Origin: Methanococcus maripaludis
GTDB lineage: Archaea > AGJL01 > Methanococci > Methanococcales > Methanococcaceae
Length of the DNA stretch: 32,000 bases
Assembly: GCF_002945325.1 (NCBI RefSeq)
Contig: NZ_CP026606.1
Span: forward strand, 810,001 to 842,000
Direction of reading: 5' to 3'
The notes under the pieces are model-generated. The model was not told the DNA's origin, did not search any database, and saw nothing but the letters and a program-made list of their open reading frames with translations. Positions 6,706 through 14,720 of this stretch are shown piece after piece (within the stretch, counting starts at the first letter, position 1; every line of letters begins with the position of its first letter). The translations under genes were made by a program, and so were the position numbers.

Positions 6706-8463
6706 TTATTTAAGTTGAAAAGAATACATTTGATCGGTTATGATAATAACATCTGGTTCATCTTCCTTTTTTTTGTTCACGCGCATCTCATAAGTCTTTT
6801 TTTGGAATTCATCATATAATTTTAAGAATTTATCGTATTGTTCTGAAGTTAATTGTGTTTTTTTATGGGTTCCTGCAATATTCAAAAATTTGTTTTTTCT
6901 GATTTGATCTAACTCAAAATTTACTCCGTTATGCGGATTTGTTACGTCATTATCCCCTAATTTGTATAATTCAAGCAAATAATTTAAATTCTCTGAAAAA
7001 TTGTCTTTTTCCGAAAATAAATACTCCATTAAGAAATAAATTACACTGTTTTCAACTACCAAATGATCATTAAAATCGAAACCATCACTACCATAGAGTT
7101 CTTTAATTTTTTTAAATAACAAATAAGACGAAAAATTAAAAAAATCGTCAGTGTCGTGTATTTTATTTATAAATAAATCGTAGTTGCATTGGCTAAGTAC
7201 AAACAATACGTTAAGAAAATAATCCTTTCCGAGATCTGAATCAATAATCCCCTTTAATATCTCCTCTATTTCAACAGATAATGCTGATCCAAAAGTTGTT
7301 TCTAAAAATTTTGGAGATTTTAATGCATTTACTGCAATTAATATCATTTCTCGGTAAATGAATAGTAACCTACGTCTTTGAAATTCCTCAAAAATTTGTT
7401 TTTTGGATAAATATACTATAGTCCTATACTTATCAAGAAATTGTCTAACATCGATTCCGTCATTGATACTCCAGTTTATATCTCTTTTTTTGACAATATC
7501 ACTAATTAAGTGCATATTTTTAATTATATCACGAGTATAGTCTTCATTATGGTTGATATTTGGATTTTTTAAAAGGCCATAATAAAAAGTAGCAAAATAA
7601 CAAGGTAACTTTACATAAGTTTGTAAATCATTTGTTTTTGAGTATTCAACATATAATTTACTTTCAAAATCTTCAAATTTTTTATGAGTTTCTTCAAGTA
7701 AATATTTAAAAACCTCCTTATCTCGACTATCTGCAGTTTTTCTGAATAAAAGATCTAAATATTGTAGGGGATATTTTGAAAAATGGTTTTCATTTTTTCC
7801 AAAAAATCCCAATTTAATCTTTGAAAGATATTCTTTGGTATCTTCAAATTTAATTTCATCCAATACATTTTTTACAGTATTTTCGGGTTTCATAAACTTT
7901 ATAATTTCATCGATATAAAAAAATAAAGCAATAAAGTTAGAAACGAGCACCATTAATCCAAAGAATACTATAAAAGAACTTAATAAATTAGTTGAAGGTA
8001 GAAATGCCCCGATAATTGAACTAAACCCTAAAGATAAAATTATTAAAAATAAATAAGCTTTAAAAAAACTTTTATTCATAAATAGGTCTAAAATACGGGT
8101 TGAATAATTATTCGAAGTTGAATTTATTGTTGCAACTGAAAACGCGACAATAAATGCACCCAATATTGATATTCCCGAACTTGCTGTTTTAAAAAGATTT
8201 TCAATATTATTGCTTGAAATATCTGCAGATACAGGCAGATAAAAATAAATTAAAAATGAAATTAAGGAAGATAAACCTAAAATTTTTTTCAGTTTTGGGC
8301 ATTGTTCTTTAATATATTTGATATATGGCTTTATTTTGGGATCAATATTCTCTTTATTGCGCCAATATTTAACAATAAGAAACATTGCGATTAAAAAGAG
8401 CGAATATACTTTAAACATATCCATATAATTCACGAAAGAATTTATCAAACTTAAAAACCCCAT
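6706..8463 (-). CDS. multi-pass membrane protein (about 5 TM in the first 190 aa) with a large helical cytoplasmic C-terminal domain (585 aa); N-terminus possibly DUF2254-like
   Basis: ORF track. Hydrophobic segments by eye. The stretch ATINSTSNNYSTRILDLFMNKSFFKAYLFLIILSLGF resembles the (Q)xxxxxS(P/T)R(I/L)L motif I associate with DUF2254 membrane proteins (unverified). Preceded by promoter cassette copy 1. Confidence 0.6.
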   Translation of the reverse strand: MGFLSLINSFVNYMDMFKVYSLFLIAMFLIVKYWRNKENIDPKIKPYIKYIKEQCPKLKKILGLSSLISFLIYFYLPVSADISSNNIENLFKTASSGISILGAFIVAFSVATINSTSNNYSTRILDLFMNKSFFKAYLFLIILSLGFSSIIGAFLPSTNLLSSFIVFFGLMVLVSNFIALFFYIDEIIKFMKPENTVKNVLDEIKFEDTKEYLSKIKLGFFGKNENHFSKYPLQYLDLLFRKTADSRDKEVFKYLLEETHKKFEDFESKLYVEYSKTNDLQTYVKLPCYFATFYYGLLKNPNINHNEDYTRDIIKNMHLISDIVKKRDINWSINDGIDVRQFLDKYRTIVYLSKKQIFEEFQRRRLLFIYREMILIAVNALKSPKFLETTFGSALSVEIEEILKGIIDSDLGKDYFLNVLFVLSQCNYDLFINKIHDTDDFFNFSSYLLFKKIKELYGSDGFDFNDHLVVENSVIYFLMEYLFSEKDNFSENLNYLLELYKLGDNDVTNPHNGVNFELDQIRKNKFLNIAGTHKKTQLTSEQYDKFLKLYDEFQKKTYEMRVNKKKEDEPDVIIITDQMYSFQLK

Positions 8464-8470
8464 TCACATT

Positions 8471-8530
8471 TAAAATATAATTACATTAAAATAGCCCCAA
8501 CTTAAATATTAAATTTATGATTTTGATTAA
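8471..8530 (-). promoter_or_regulatory. shared promoter/leader cassette, copy 1
   Basis: TAAAATATAATTACATTAAAATAGCCCCAACTTAAATATTAAATTTATGATTTTGATTAAAT. About 95% identical to copy 3. Contains two A/T boxes on the minus strand (TAATTATATTTTA and TTTAATATTTA). Confidence 0.6.
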
Positions 8531-8546
8531 ATAGTGGGGTGGGAAT

Positions 8547-9491
8547 TTGCCTAGCTTTTCACAACGAAACGGCTACAAAGAGCTGAATGAAGACTTATTT
8601 TATGAATGTATGCCTGAAAGTCTTAAAACCAGAATTTGGAATTTTATTCATGAAAATTTTTTAAAATACCAGACTTCGGATTTTTTAAAAGTAGTATGTG
8701 ATGAATTTCTAAAATACGATCTTACTGATGAATGGTATATGGATAATCCGATTACAAATGTCATTAAACCAAAATACCGAAGTTTAAAATGGTTTGAAGT
8801 TTATGACCTTGTTGAATTCTGTTTTGATAATATAAAATATCTCGAAAAAGATAAAAAATTAACATATCACATCCATGAATCCTCAATATGGACACAAAAT
8901 GAAAAATGGGCTTATTATCTAAATAAAGGATTTGTTCAAAAACAAGACTCCAGGGGACTTGCTTATTTAGAATATCCGTTTGAAAAATATCTCAAAGAAA
9001 GATTAAAACGATATTCAGTTCTTTTTAATACATTAATGGAAAAAGAAAGAGCTTCCTATCGACTTATCGAAAATAACATAGTTCCGATAACAAATACGGA
9101 AGAAATAAACGAAATTAAAACTGCTTTAAACCCTCCTGAAAAATATAAATTTGTCGGAGACCACCTAAAAAAGGCTTTAGAACTTTATTCGAACAAAGAA
9201 AAGCCAGATTATGAAAATTCAATAAAAGAATCCATTAGTGCTCTTGAATCCCTAGCTAAAATTAGATTAAATAATGAAAAAGGAACTTTGGGTAGGTTAC
9301 TTCCACAATTGGGATTGCATGAAGACTTCGAACTTGGAATTAAAAAACTTTACAGCTGGACTTCTGATGATAAAGGTGGAATTAGACATGGTAAAAAAGG
9401 AGATACTGGAAGTTATGAAGCTGAAGCCCGATATATGCTTGTTACGTGTTCAACACTGTCAAATTATTTAATTTCGAAGCTTGAAAAATAA
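8547..9491 (+). CDS. AbiJ-like abortive-infection protein (AbiJ N-terminal-domain-4-like + C-terminal HEPN-like domain), 314 aa, TTG start
   Basis: ORF track. N-terminus MPSFSQRNGY...MPESLKTRIWNFIHE matches the FSxRxGY...LRNxLWN signature. The middle and C-terminus (YRLIENNIVPITNTEEINEIKTAL, HLKKALELYSNKEKPDYENSIKESISALESLAKI, LYSWTSDDKGGIRHG, ARYMLVTCSTLSNYL) match the conserved blocks I recall for this family. Confidence 0.6.
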   Translation: MPSFSQRNGYKELNEDLFYECMPESLKTRIWNFIHENFLKYQTSDFLKVVCDEFLKYDLTDEWYMDNPITNVIKPKYRSLKWFEVYDLVEFCFDNIKYLEKDKKLTYHIHESSIWTQNEKWAYYLNKGFVQKQDSRGLAYLEYPFEKYLKERLKRYSVLFNTLMEKERASYRLIENNIVPITNTEEINEIKTALNPPEKYKFVGDHLKKALELYSNKEKPDYENSIKESISALESLAKIRLNNEKGTLGRLLPQLGLHEDFELGIKKLYSWTSDDKGGIRHGKKGDTGSYEAEARYMLVTCSTLSNYLISKLEK

Positions 9492-9494
9492 ATT

Positions 9495-10175
9495 TTAAAC
9501 TATTATTTCTTTTTTATAATAATTATGATAACAAAAAAATGCAGAAACCGCAATTCCGGAAAAGTGAACCATTCCTCCTCCACAATTTGATACTGAAAAA
9601 TCGATCAGAAAAGTTAGAACTGAAAAAAACAATGCAAACATAAAGCTTGACCAAAATCCATTACTTTTTGAAAACTTAGTCTTATTAAATACAAAATTAC
9701 CCATAAAATAATAAGAAATATACATAAATCCATAAACAACTCCTGAAATACCTATTCCGGAATAATTTATCGGTTTTTCATTAATAATCCAGTATGCAGT
9801 GAATGAGATTAATGGAATCAGCCATATGGACATTAATAAAAATAAATATGTTTTAAGATTTAGTTTATATTCTACAATATATCCAAAAATAATCAAATAC
9901 AGCATGTTATATTTTAAATGATCCATATCACGGTGTAAAAAGATTGATGTTATGATTTGCCAGGGTTTTTGAAATAATTCTGAAGGAAAAAAGGCATAAT
10001 TTCTGTAAAACTCGGAATTTTTAATCCACAGGTCTGCACTGTTGTAGTACTGAAGTTCGGGATTTATTTTGATAAAAAATACTGCCATGCAAATAAAAAA
10101 TAATAACATGGTAAAATAAGGGATTTTTAAAAAAAATTTATATTTTTCAAATATGTGCATGGAAAGAACCCCCAT
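9495..10175 (-). CDS. rhomboid-family intramembrane serine protease (226 aa)
   Basis: ORF track. WQIITSIFLHRDMDHLKYNMLYLIIFGYIVE (WxxxT..F.H....H...NM), GISGVVYGF (GxSG catalytic Ser) and VHFSGIAVSAF (catalytic His helix). About 6 hydrophobic helices. Its ATG overlaps the stop of the upstream gene (TAATG at 10173-10177). Confidence 0.85.
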   Translation of the reverse strand: MGVLSMHIFEKYKFFLKIPYFTMLLFFICMAVFFIKINPELQYYNSADLWIKNSEFYRNYAFFPSELFQKPWQIITSIFLHRDMDHLKYNMLYLIIFGYIVEYKLNLKTYLFLLMSIWLIPLISFTAYWIINEKPINYSGIGISGVVYGFMYISYYFMGNFVFNKTKFSKSNGFWSSFMFALFFSVLTFLIDFSVSNCGGGMVHFSGIAVSAFFCYHNYYKKEIIV

Positions 10176-11320
10176 TAAATAAATTGAAGATCTTCAAATT
10201 CTTCTTTTATTTTTTCAGCATATTGCTCTATTTCAGTAAATTCCAATGATAAACTTCCCAATATTGCTTTTTCTTCGTCATAATACCTACCTGCATGTAT
10301 AATTGTCATAAAATATTCTTCAGAATAATCTTCTCCATTAATGTCTTCGTATTTTATGGTTAATTTATACCACGGGTCATTTATTGGATAACTTATGGCC
10401 GATTCTGTGATAATTACTCCCTCATATATCCTTAAAATTTCGTCAGGTAGTGGAATTATTAGATATTTTTTATCATAGGGTGGCAAAACCTCATAATTAC
10501 GCCTAATTTTGGTTTGAACTGATGAACTACTTAAATATCCATTAATATCCGATTCTACCCGTAAATAACCAGAATTATTATCTCCTGGGGTATATTCTAC
10601 GTTTAAATCATTTTTAACTTTAATGCGGTCTGTAGCAGTGTTATAATTTACATCAAATATTAATTTAATATTTTTTGAAAATCCCGTCCCCAGATTATAA
10701 ATTTCGAAATAAGGAATCCGTATATTTCCGCAGATTAAATTATCAGAACTCAGACTAAGTTTATTTTCTCGTTTTTTCCACGTTAACTCATATTTCTTAT
10801 CAGTATTGCCCGGCACACACCTTATTTCAAAATAATTATTTAATGGGGCTAATTTTGGGCGTTGTTGTAATTTTCTCTGTCGTTCCATTTCTTTTCTCTG
10901 ATTAATTGTTTCATAAACCAGATACGCAGTTAGTGTAACCACCCCAATTCCAGAAAACCAGTCAGCAATACTCCCCCAGTACCCCAAATTTAAAAATTGA
11001 GATCCGAAAACGGCCCAAATGAACAATAATGCTCCGGAAGACATTATTAATTGTCCAGCTTCCTTTTGGAAATTTTTTAAGTATTCATTTTGAAACATAA
11101 AATAAATAACAATCCCAAGCATTAACCAAAGTAAATAAAATACCTTTGTGAAGCCATCCAATCCATTCATCCAGGGCATTGATTCAAAGTATGCAAACAA
11201 TACACATATAATAAAAATTAAGAAAAATACGATTAAAACGTAAATTCCGAAAATATCTATTTTTTTGAGTTTTTCGTATAATGACTTAAGTTTAAATTTT
11301 AAATTAGATTTTTTGTCCAA
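10175..11320 (-). CDS. membrane protein: 4 N-terminal TM helices + about 240-aa beta-rich soluble C-terminal domain of unknown family (381 aa, TTG start)
   Basis: ORF track. Hydrophobic segments at about aa 22-45, 57-76, 91-109 and 121-137. Then a basic linker (QRKEMERQRKLQQRPK) and a domain rich in short alternating strands. Preceded by promoter cassette copy 2. Confidence 0.65.
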   Translation of the reverse strand: MDKKSNLKFKLKSLYEKLKKIDIFGIYVLIVFFLIFIICVLFAYFESMPWMNGLDGFTKVFYLLWLMLGIVIYFMFQNEYLKNFQKEAGQLIMSSGALLFIWAVFGSQFLNLGYWGSIADWFSGIGVVTLTAYLVYETINQRKEMERQRKLQQRPKLAPLNNYFEIRCVPGNTDKKYELTWKKRENKLSLSSDNLICGNIRIPYFEIYNLGTGFSKNIKLIFDVNYNTATDRIKVKNDLNVEYTPGDNNSGYLRVESDINGYLSSSSVQTKIRRNYEVLPPYDKKYLIIPLPDEILRIYEGVIITESAISYPINDPWYKLTIKYEDINGEDYSEEYFMTIIHAGRYYDEEKAILGSLSLEFTEIEQYAEKIKEEFEDLQFI

Positions 11321-11337
11321 TAATATCCCGTCCCCTT

Positions 11338-11390
11338 TAAAATATAATTACATTAAAATAGACTCAACATAAATATTAAAGTTATTATTC
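11338..11390 (-). promoter_or_regulatory. shared promoter/leader cassette, copy 2
   Basis: TAAAATATAATTACATTAAAATAGACTCAACATAAATATTAAAGTTATTATTC. About 4 mismatches in 53 bp versus copy 3. Confidence 0.6.
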
Positions 11391-11437
11391 AAAAAATTTA
11401 AAAAAGATAGTAAATACTGATAAATTAAAAATTAACT

Positions 11438-13261
11438 TTATATGTCTAATTTATTGTGTAATTCCTGAATAAAGTTATTATAAACTTCGTATTTTTCCAA
11501 TATTTTCTTTTTGTCATTAATTTCTTTTAGATCTTCAATAACTAGTTCATTTATTTTTTTCTTGTATTCATTAAAATCGTCTGTTGAACCGGATTTCTTC
11601 TCTGTTTTAAACCGTTTTGCATATTCTAAAACTGGCATATCTACAGGTGTTTTAAACCCATCACCCCATATCTCGGATCCGGCATTATCTAAAATATCGG
11701 TTGGAAATAAATCTTCAGTAGTTGCAACATTCTTTTTTAATTTAACTAAATCCAAAATTTCAAAAATATTGTCCATAAATTCGGGATTTTGTTCCTTAAC
11801 ATCTTCAATAACCCGTCTTCCGGCAGTATCTGAATCTAACACTACAAAACCTGGAACTATATCTGTATTAAAAAATTTAACCCATTTTAATACTTCAGGA
11901 GTCCCTCCTGCATCAGTACATCTAACCTCGTTAATAATTTTTTGGTCAAATACCTGTTTTACAAAGGTTTCATAGAGTTTTCTGTCATTGGGGCCCTCAA
12001 ATACAAGGATATTATTGCCCAATATATTTTTTAAAGAAGTTCCTAAGGCTCGGTATATTACTTCTTCTTTTATTGGGAAATTCACGTCGATTTCTTCAAT
12101 AATTGTATTTCCATTTTTTTTAGATACAATAAGGTGATTTTTTAAATCTTTTTTAACCATAAATATGGAATGGGTTGATAAAAATACCACGTTATTTTTG
12201 GAAATATTCAAAAGTTCGTCTCTTAAGTATTCGACGCCACTAGGGTGCAAATGTACTTCCGGTTCATCAATTATTATTACGTTATTTTTCAATGATTCAA
12301 TTTTATTTTGTACTGAAAGATTCAGTAAAATCGACATAAACTGCTTAAAACCATCACTTCTTTCAGTCATTTCCATTTTTCTATATGGTGTGTCTTCATC
12401 ATATGTCAAAACAGTACAGGTCGTACTTTCCAATCTAACTTTTATTTTGATTTTATGTTCAGGCCATAATTGTTGTATGTGTGCCGTAGCTACATCTGAT
12501 AATTTGGATTCATAATTATCCCGAGCACTTTCCTTATTCATTATTTGATCCAATATGGAATTCATATTTTTTTCGTAGCCTGCTAAATAAAAGATATTTT
12601 TCAAAGGTACAGATATATTCGGGTTTTGTTTAAAATTAACCAAATTTATTGGTTGGCCTATCAAATATTTTTCAGAAGATTCCCAAAATATAAATTTAGG
12701 TATTGCTTTTTTTAAATCTTCTAAAACGGCATTTTGAACCAGTTGACTTATTTTTTCTTTTGATATGGATATATAATTTGGAGAATTTTCTGCGGGAACA
12801 TCATTTTTGTTTATTATGTGATTATTACTAGTTGGATTAATCCTATAATCCGATAAATCAGGATACGTAGTCAATAAATTATATGTTACAGCCGTTTCAG
12901 AATTATCCGGCTTTTTTACCAATATTACATTTACCCCAGATATTGAAATAGCACTTGCTAAATTTTTTGGAATAATAGAACTAATTTTAGTTAAAATATT
13001 GATACGATCATCGGAATTAAGCCAAAACTTATAGGTAAACATTATATTTTCATTGTTTTCCTGTGCTTCCATGTTACAATCTTTTACATAATTCAAAGTC
13101 TTTGGTTTATCAAAAACTGAAATCGATTTAAGAATATTACTTTTTCCTGAACCATTTACTCCAAAAAACATTGTATATTTATTATCCGATGTAGGAATTC
13201 TAATTATTTGATCTTTTATGCTTCTAAAATTCTTAATATGTATTTCTTTCAATTCTAACAA
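11438..13261 (-). CDS. OLD-family nuclease (ABC-type ATPase + C-terminal TOPRIM), 607 aa, TTG start
   Basis: ORF track. IKNFRSIK...FFGVNGSGKSNILKSI (Walker A), SDGFKQ (signature-like), VIIIDEPEVHLHPSG (Walker B/D-loop), FLSTHS (H-loop). TOPRIM: NILVFEGPNDRKLYE (Glu) and FVVLDSDTAGRR (DxD). Confidence 0.85.
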   Translation of the reverse strand: MLELKEIHIKNFRSIKDQIIRIPTSDNKYTMFFGVNGSGKSNILKSISVFDKPKTLNYVKDCNMEAQENNENIMFTYKFWLNSDDRINILTKISSIIPKNLASAISISGVNVILVKKPDNSETAVTYNLLTTYPDLSDYRINPTSNNHIINKNDVPAENSPNYISISKEKISQLVQNAVLEDLKKAIPKFIFWESSEKYLIGQPINLVNFKQNPNISVPLKNIFYLAGYEKNMNSILDQIMNKESARDNYESKLSDVATAHIQQLWPEHKIKIKVRLESTTCTVLTYDEDTPYRKMEMTERSDGFKQFMSILLNLSVQNKIESLKNNVIIIDEPEVHLHPSGVEYLRDELLNISKNNVVFLSTHSIFMVKKDLKNHLIVSKKNGNTIIEEIDVNFPIKEEVIYRALGTSLKNILGNNILVFEGPNDRKLYETFVKQVFDQKIINEVRCTDAGGTPEVLKWVKFFNTDIVPGFVVLDSDTAGRRVIEDVKEQNPEFMDNIFEILDLVKLKKNVATTEDLFPTDILDNAGSEIWGDGFKTPVDMPVLEYAKRFKTEKKSGSTDDFNEYKKKINELVIEDLKEINDKKKILEKYEVYNNFIQELHNKLDI

Positions 13262-13284
13262 TGTTTCGCCCCCAATTAAAATCT

Positions 13285-13345
13285 TAAAATATAATTACAT
13301 TAAAATAGACCCAACATAAATATTAAATTTATGATTTTGAATTAA
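13285..13345 (-). promoter_or_regulatory. shared promoter/leader cassette, copy 3
   Basis: TAAAATATAATTACATTAAAATAGACCCAACATAAATATTAAATTTATGATTTTGAATTAAAC, followed on the minus strand by the GGGGGCGAA leader and TTG at 13261. Confidence 0.6.
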
Positions 13346-13366
13346 ACCAAATTAAAAAAAGAATAG

Positions 13367-13744
13367 TTAAAACATTTTATTTTTAATAACATAGTAAAAA
13401 TCAAGCTCATTTACATAATAAACATGATTTCCTCTTTTAATTTCAAATAAAACTAAACTTTCAGGAATTTTACGAGCTTCTAAAATCTGAAGAATTTTAT
13501 AACTATCATCAGCTAAATCAAAACTTCCAGGAACTATTTCCTGAGCTGATACTTTCAAACACTTTTTAATTAAAATCCCGTCAAAACCGGATGATACGTC
13601 AAAGCTTAAATTGGAGTGAATTTTTCCAGATTCAAAAACCCCTAAATCTTCAAAATGTGAAACCGAGTCTATCGCAGAAATTAACTGACTTCTCAAAATA
13701 TCGTTTAAACTTATGTGTCTCTCTTGATCCAACATGAACCTCAC
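13367..13744 (-). CDS. hypothetical protein (125 aa)
   Basis: ORF track only. No motif recognised. Confidence 0.45.
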   Translation of the reverse strand: MRFMLDQERHISLNDILRSQLISAIDSVSHFEDLGVFESGKIHSNLSFDVSSGFDGILIKKCLKVSAQEIVPGSFDLADDSYKILQILEARKIPESLVLFEIKRGNHVYYVNELDFYYVIKNKMF

Positions 13745-13818
13745 CAGATAAATATTTTATACGATAAGTATCTGGTAAAATAATATATAAAAATTGCGGA
13801 TAAATGGAAAAAAAGAAT

Positions 13819-14232
13819 TTATTGGTCTTTTGGAAAGAGCTTGACTGTTACATATTGGACCGTTTTTTCTTCATCTGGAATTTCAAACTCGCTTATCGAA
13901 AATATTGCTGGAACCCCTGAAGCGACCCGAAAGTCTTCGTGCAGTCCCCCTTCGTCAAATAATCCTAATTTATCAACGACTGCTTTTCCTGCGTGAAAGT
14001 ATTTTCCAGGAGCTTCTTTTAATGTTAAAACCGCGTAGTAGTTTGGTTTTCCGTGCTTGTCTTTATAATATCTCGATTCAAGGATTTCATAATCAATAAT
14101 ATGAACCTTTTTTTCAATATATTCTCCCCATTCTGACTTTTCCCTATCAATCATGATTTCAGGAATCCCTAATGCTGTGTAGTAGAATTTTTCAAGGTTT
14201 TCTTTGGCTTTTGACTCGCGTTCATTCATCAT
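13819..14232 (-). CDS. hypothetical protein (137 aa)
   Basis: ORF track only. No motif recognised. The antisense ORF 13905-14099 is judged spurious. Confidence 0.5.
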   Translation of the reverse strand: MMNERESKAKENLEKFYYTALGIPEIMIDREKSEWGEYIEKKVHIIDYEILESRYYKDKHGKPNYYAVLTLKEAPGKYFHAGKAVVDKLGLFDEGGLHEDFRVASGVPAIFSISEFEIPDEEKTVQYVTVKLFPKDQ

Positions 14233-14355
14233 CTCACAAATAAATTAAGTTGTTTATTTTAGTCTTTAAGTATTTAGTACATACTAAGATATTTATAGCA
14301 TACGGTAACAAATAAATTAATAGTACGACAAATAACATTAACGGGCGATCAAAAC

Positions 14356-14550
14356 ATGGTTAAAAAAAATCTTCAAAATTACGGTAAATCAAAATCCGTT
14401 GTATTTGGAATCTCTGAAAGAGATCATCTCGAATTAATTGGAAATAATCCTGAAGAAATCGAGTTAAAATATGATAAAATTGACGGTGTTCCATGTATTG
14501 TGATTTATAACGCTGAAACTTACAGAAAAATGATTGAAAATAAGAAATAA
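14356..14550 (+). CDS. hypothetical small protein (64 aa)
   Basis: ORF track. Divergent from the 137-aa gene. Weak YGKSKSVVFGIS pattern, reminiscent of AbrB-type proteins but not convincing. Confidence 0.35.
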   Translation: MVKKNLQNYGKSKSVVFGISERDHLELIGNNPEEIELKYDKIDGVPCIVIYNAETYRKMIENKK

Positions 14551-14585
14551 TTCTTTTTTAAACTGTTTGATTTAATTTACACTTT

Positions 14586-14720
14586 TTATCTAAACTGTCT
14601 TTTAGAATTTCTTTCGTGTTCTAAATTGATTAATTTTGATTTATCTACGTTTTTAGAATCTGATCTAACGTTAAAAAACCATTTAAACCATTTTAGTATA
14701 AAATTATCTTTTAAATCCAA
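14586..14720 (-). CDS. possible 44-aa ORF (MDLKDNFILKWFKWFFNVRSDSKNVDKSKLINLEHERNSKRQFR)
   Basis: My own translation. TTG start at 14720, preceded by a GAGGGGGA RBS-like run (14726-14733). Below the ORF-track size cut-off. Confidence 0.2.
   Translation of the reverse strand: MDLKDNFILKWFKWFFNVRSDSKNVDKSKLINLEHERNSKRQFR

Noticed and set aside
11511-12515. Plus-strand ORFs inside the OLD gene (11511-11975, 12165-12515); likewise 9274-9471, 13905-14099, 15365-15664, 15788-16462 and 17188-17544
   Set aside because: Each overlaps a motif-supported or better-supported gene on the other strand or in another frame. Their products are Ser/Phe/Leu-rich and low complexity.
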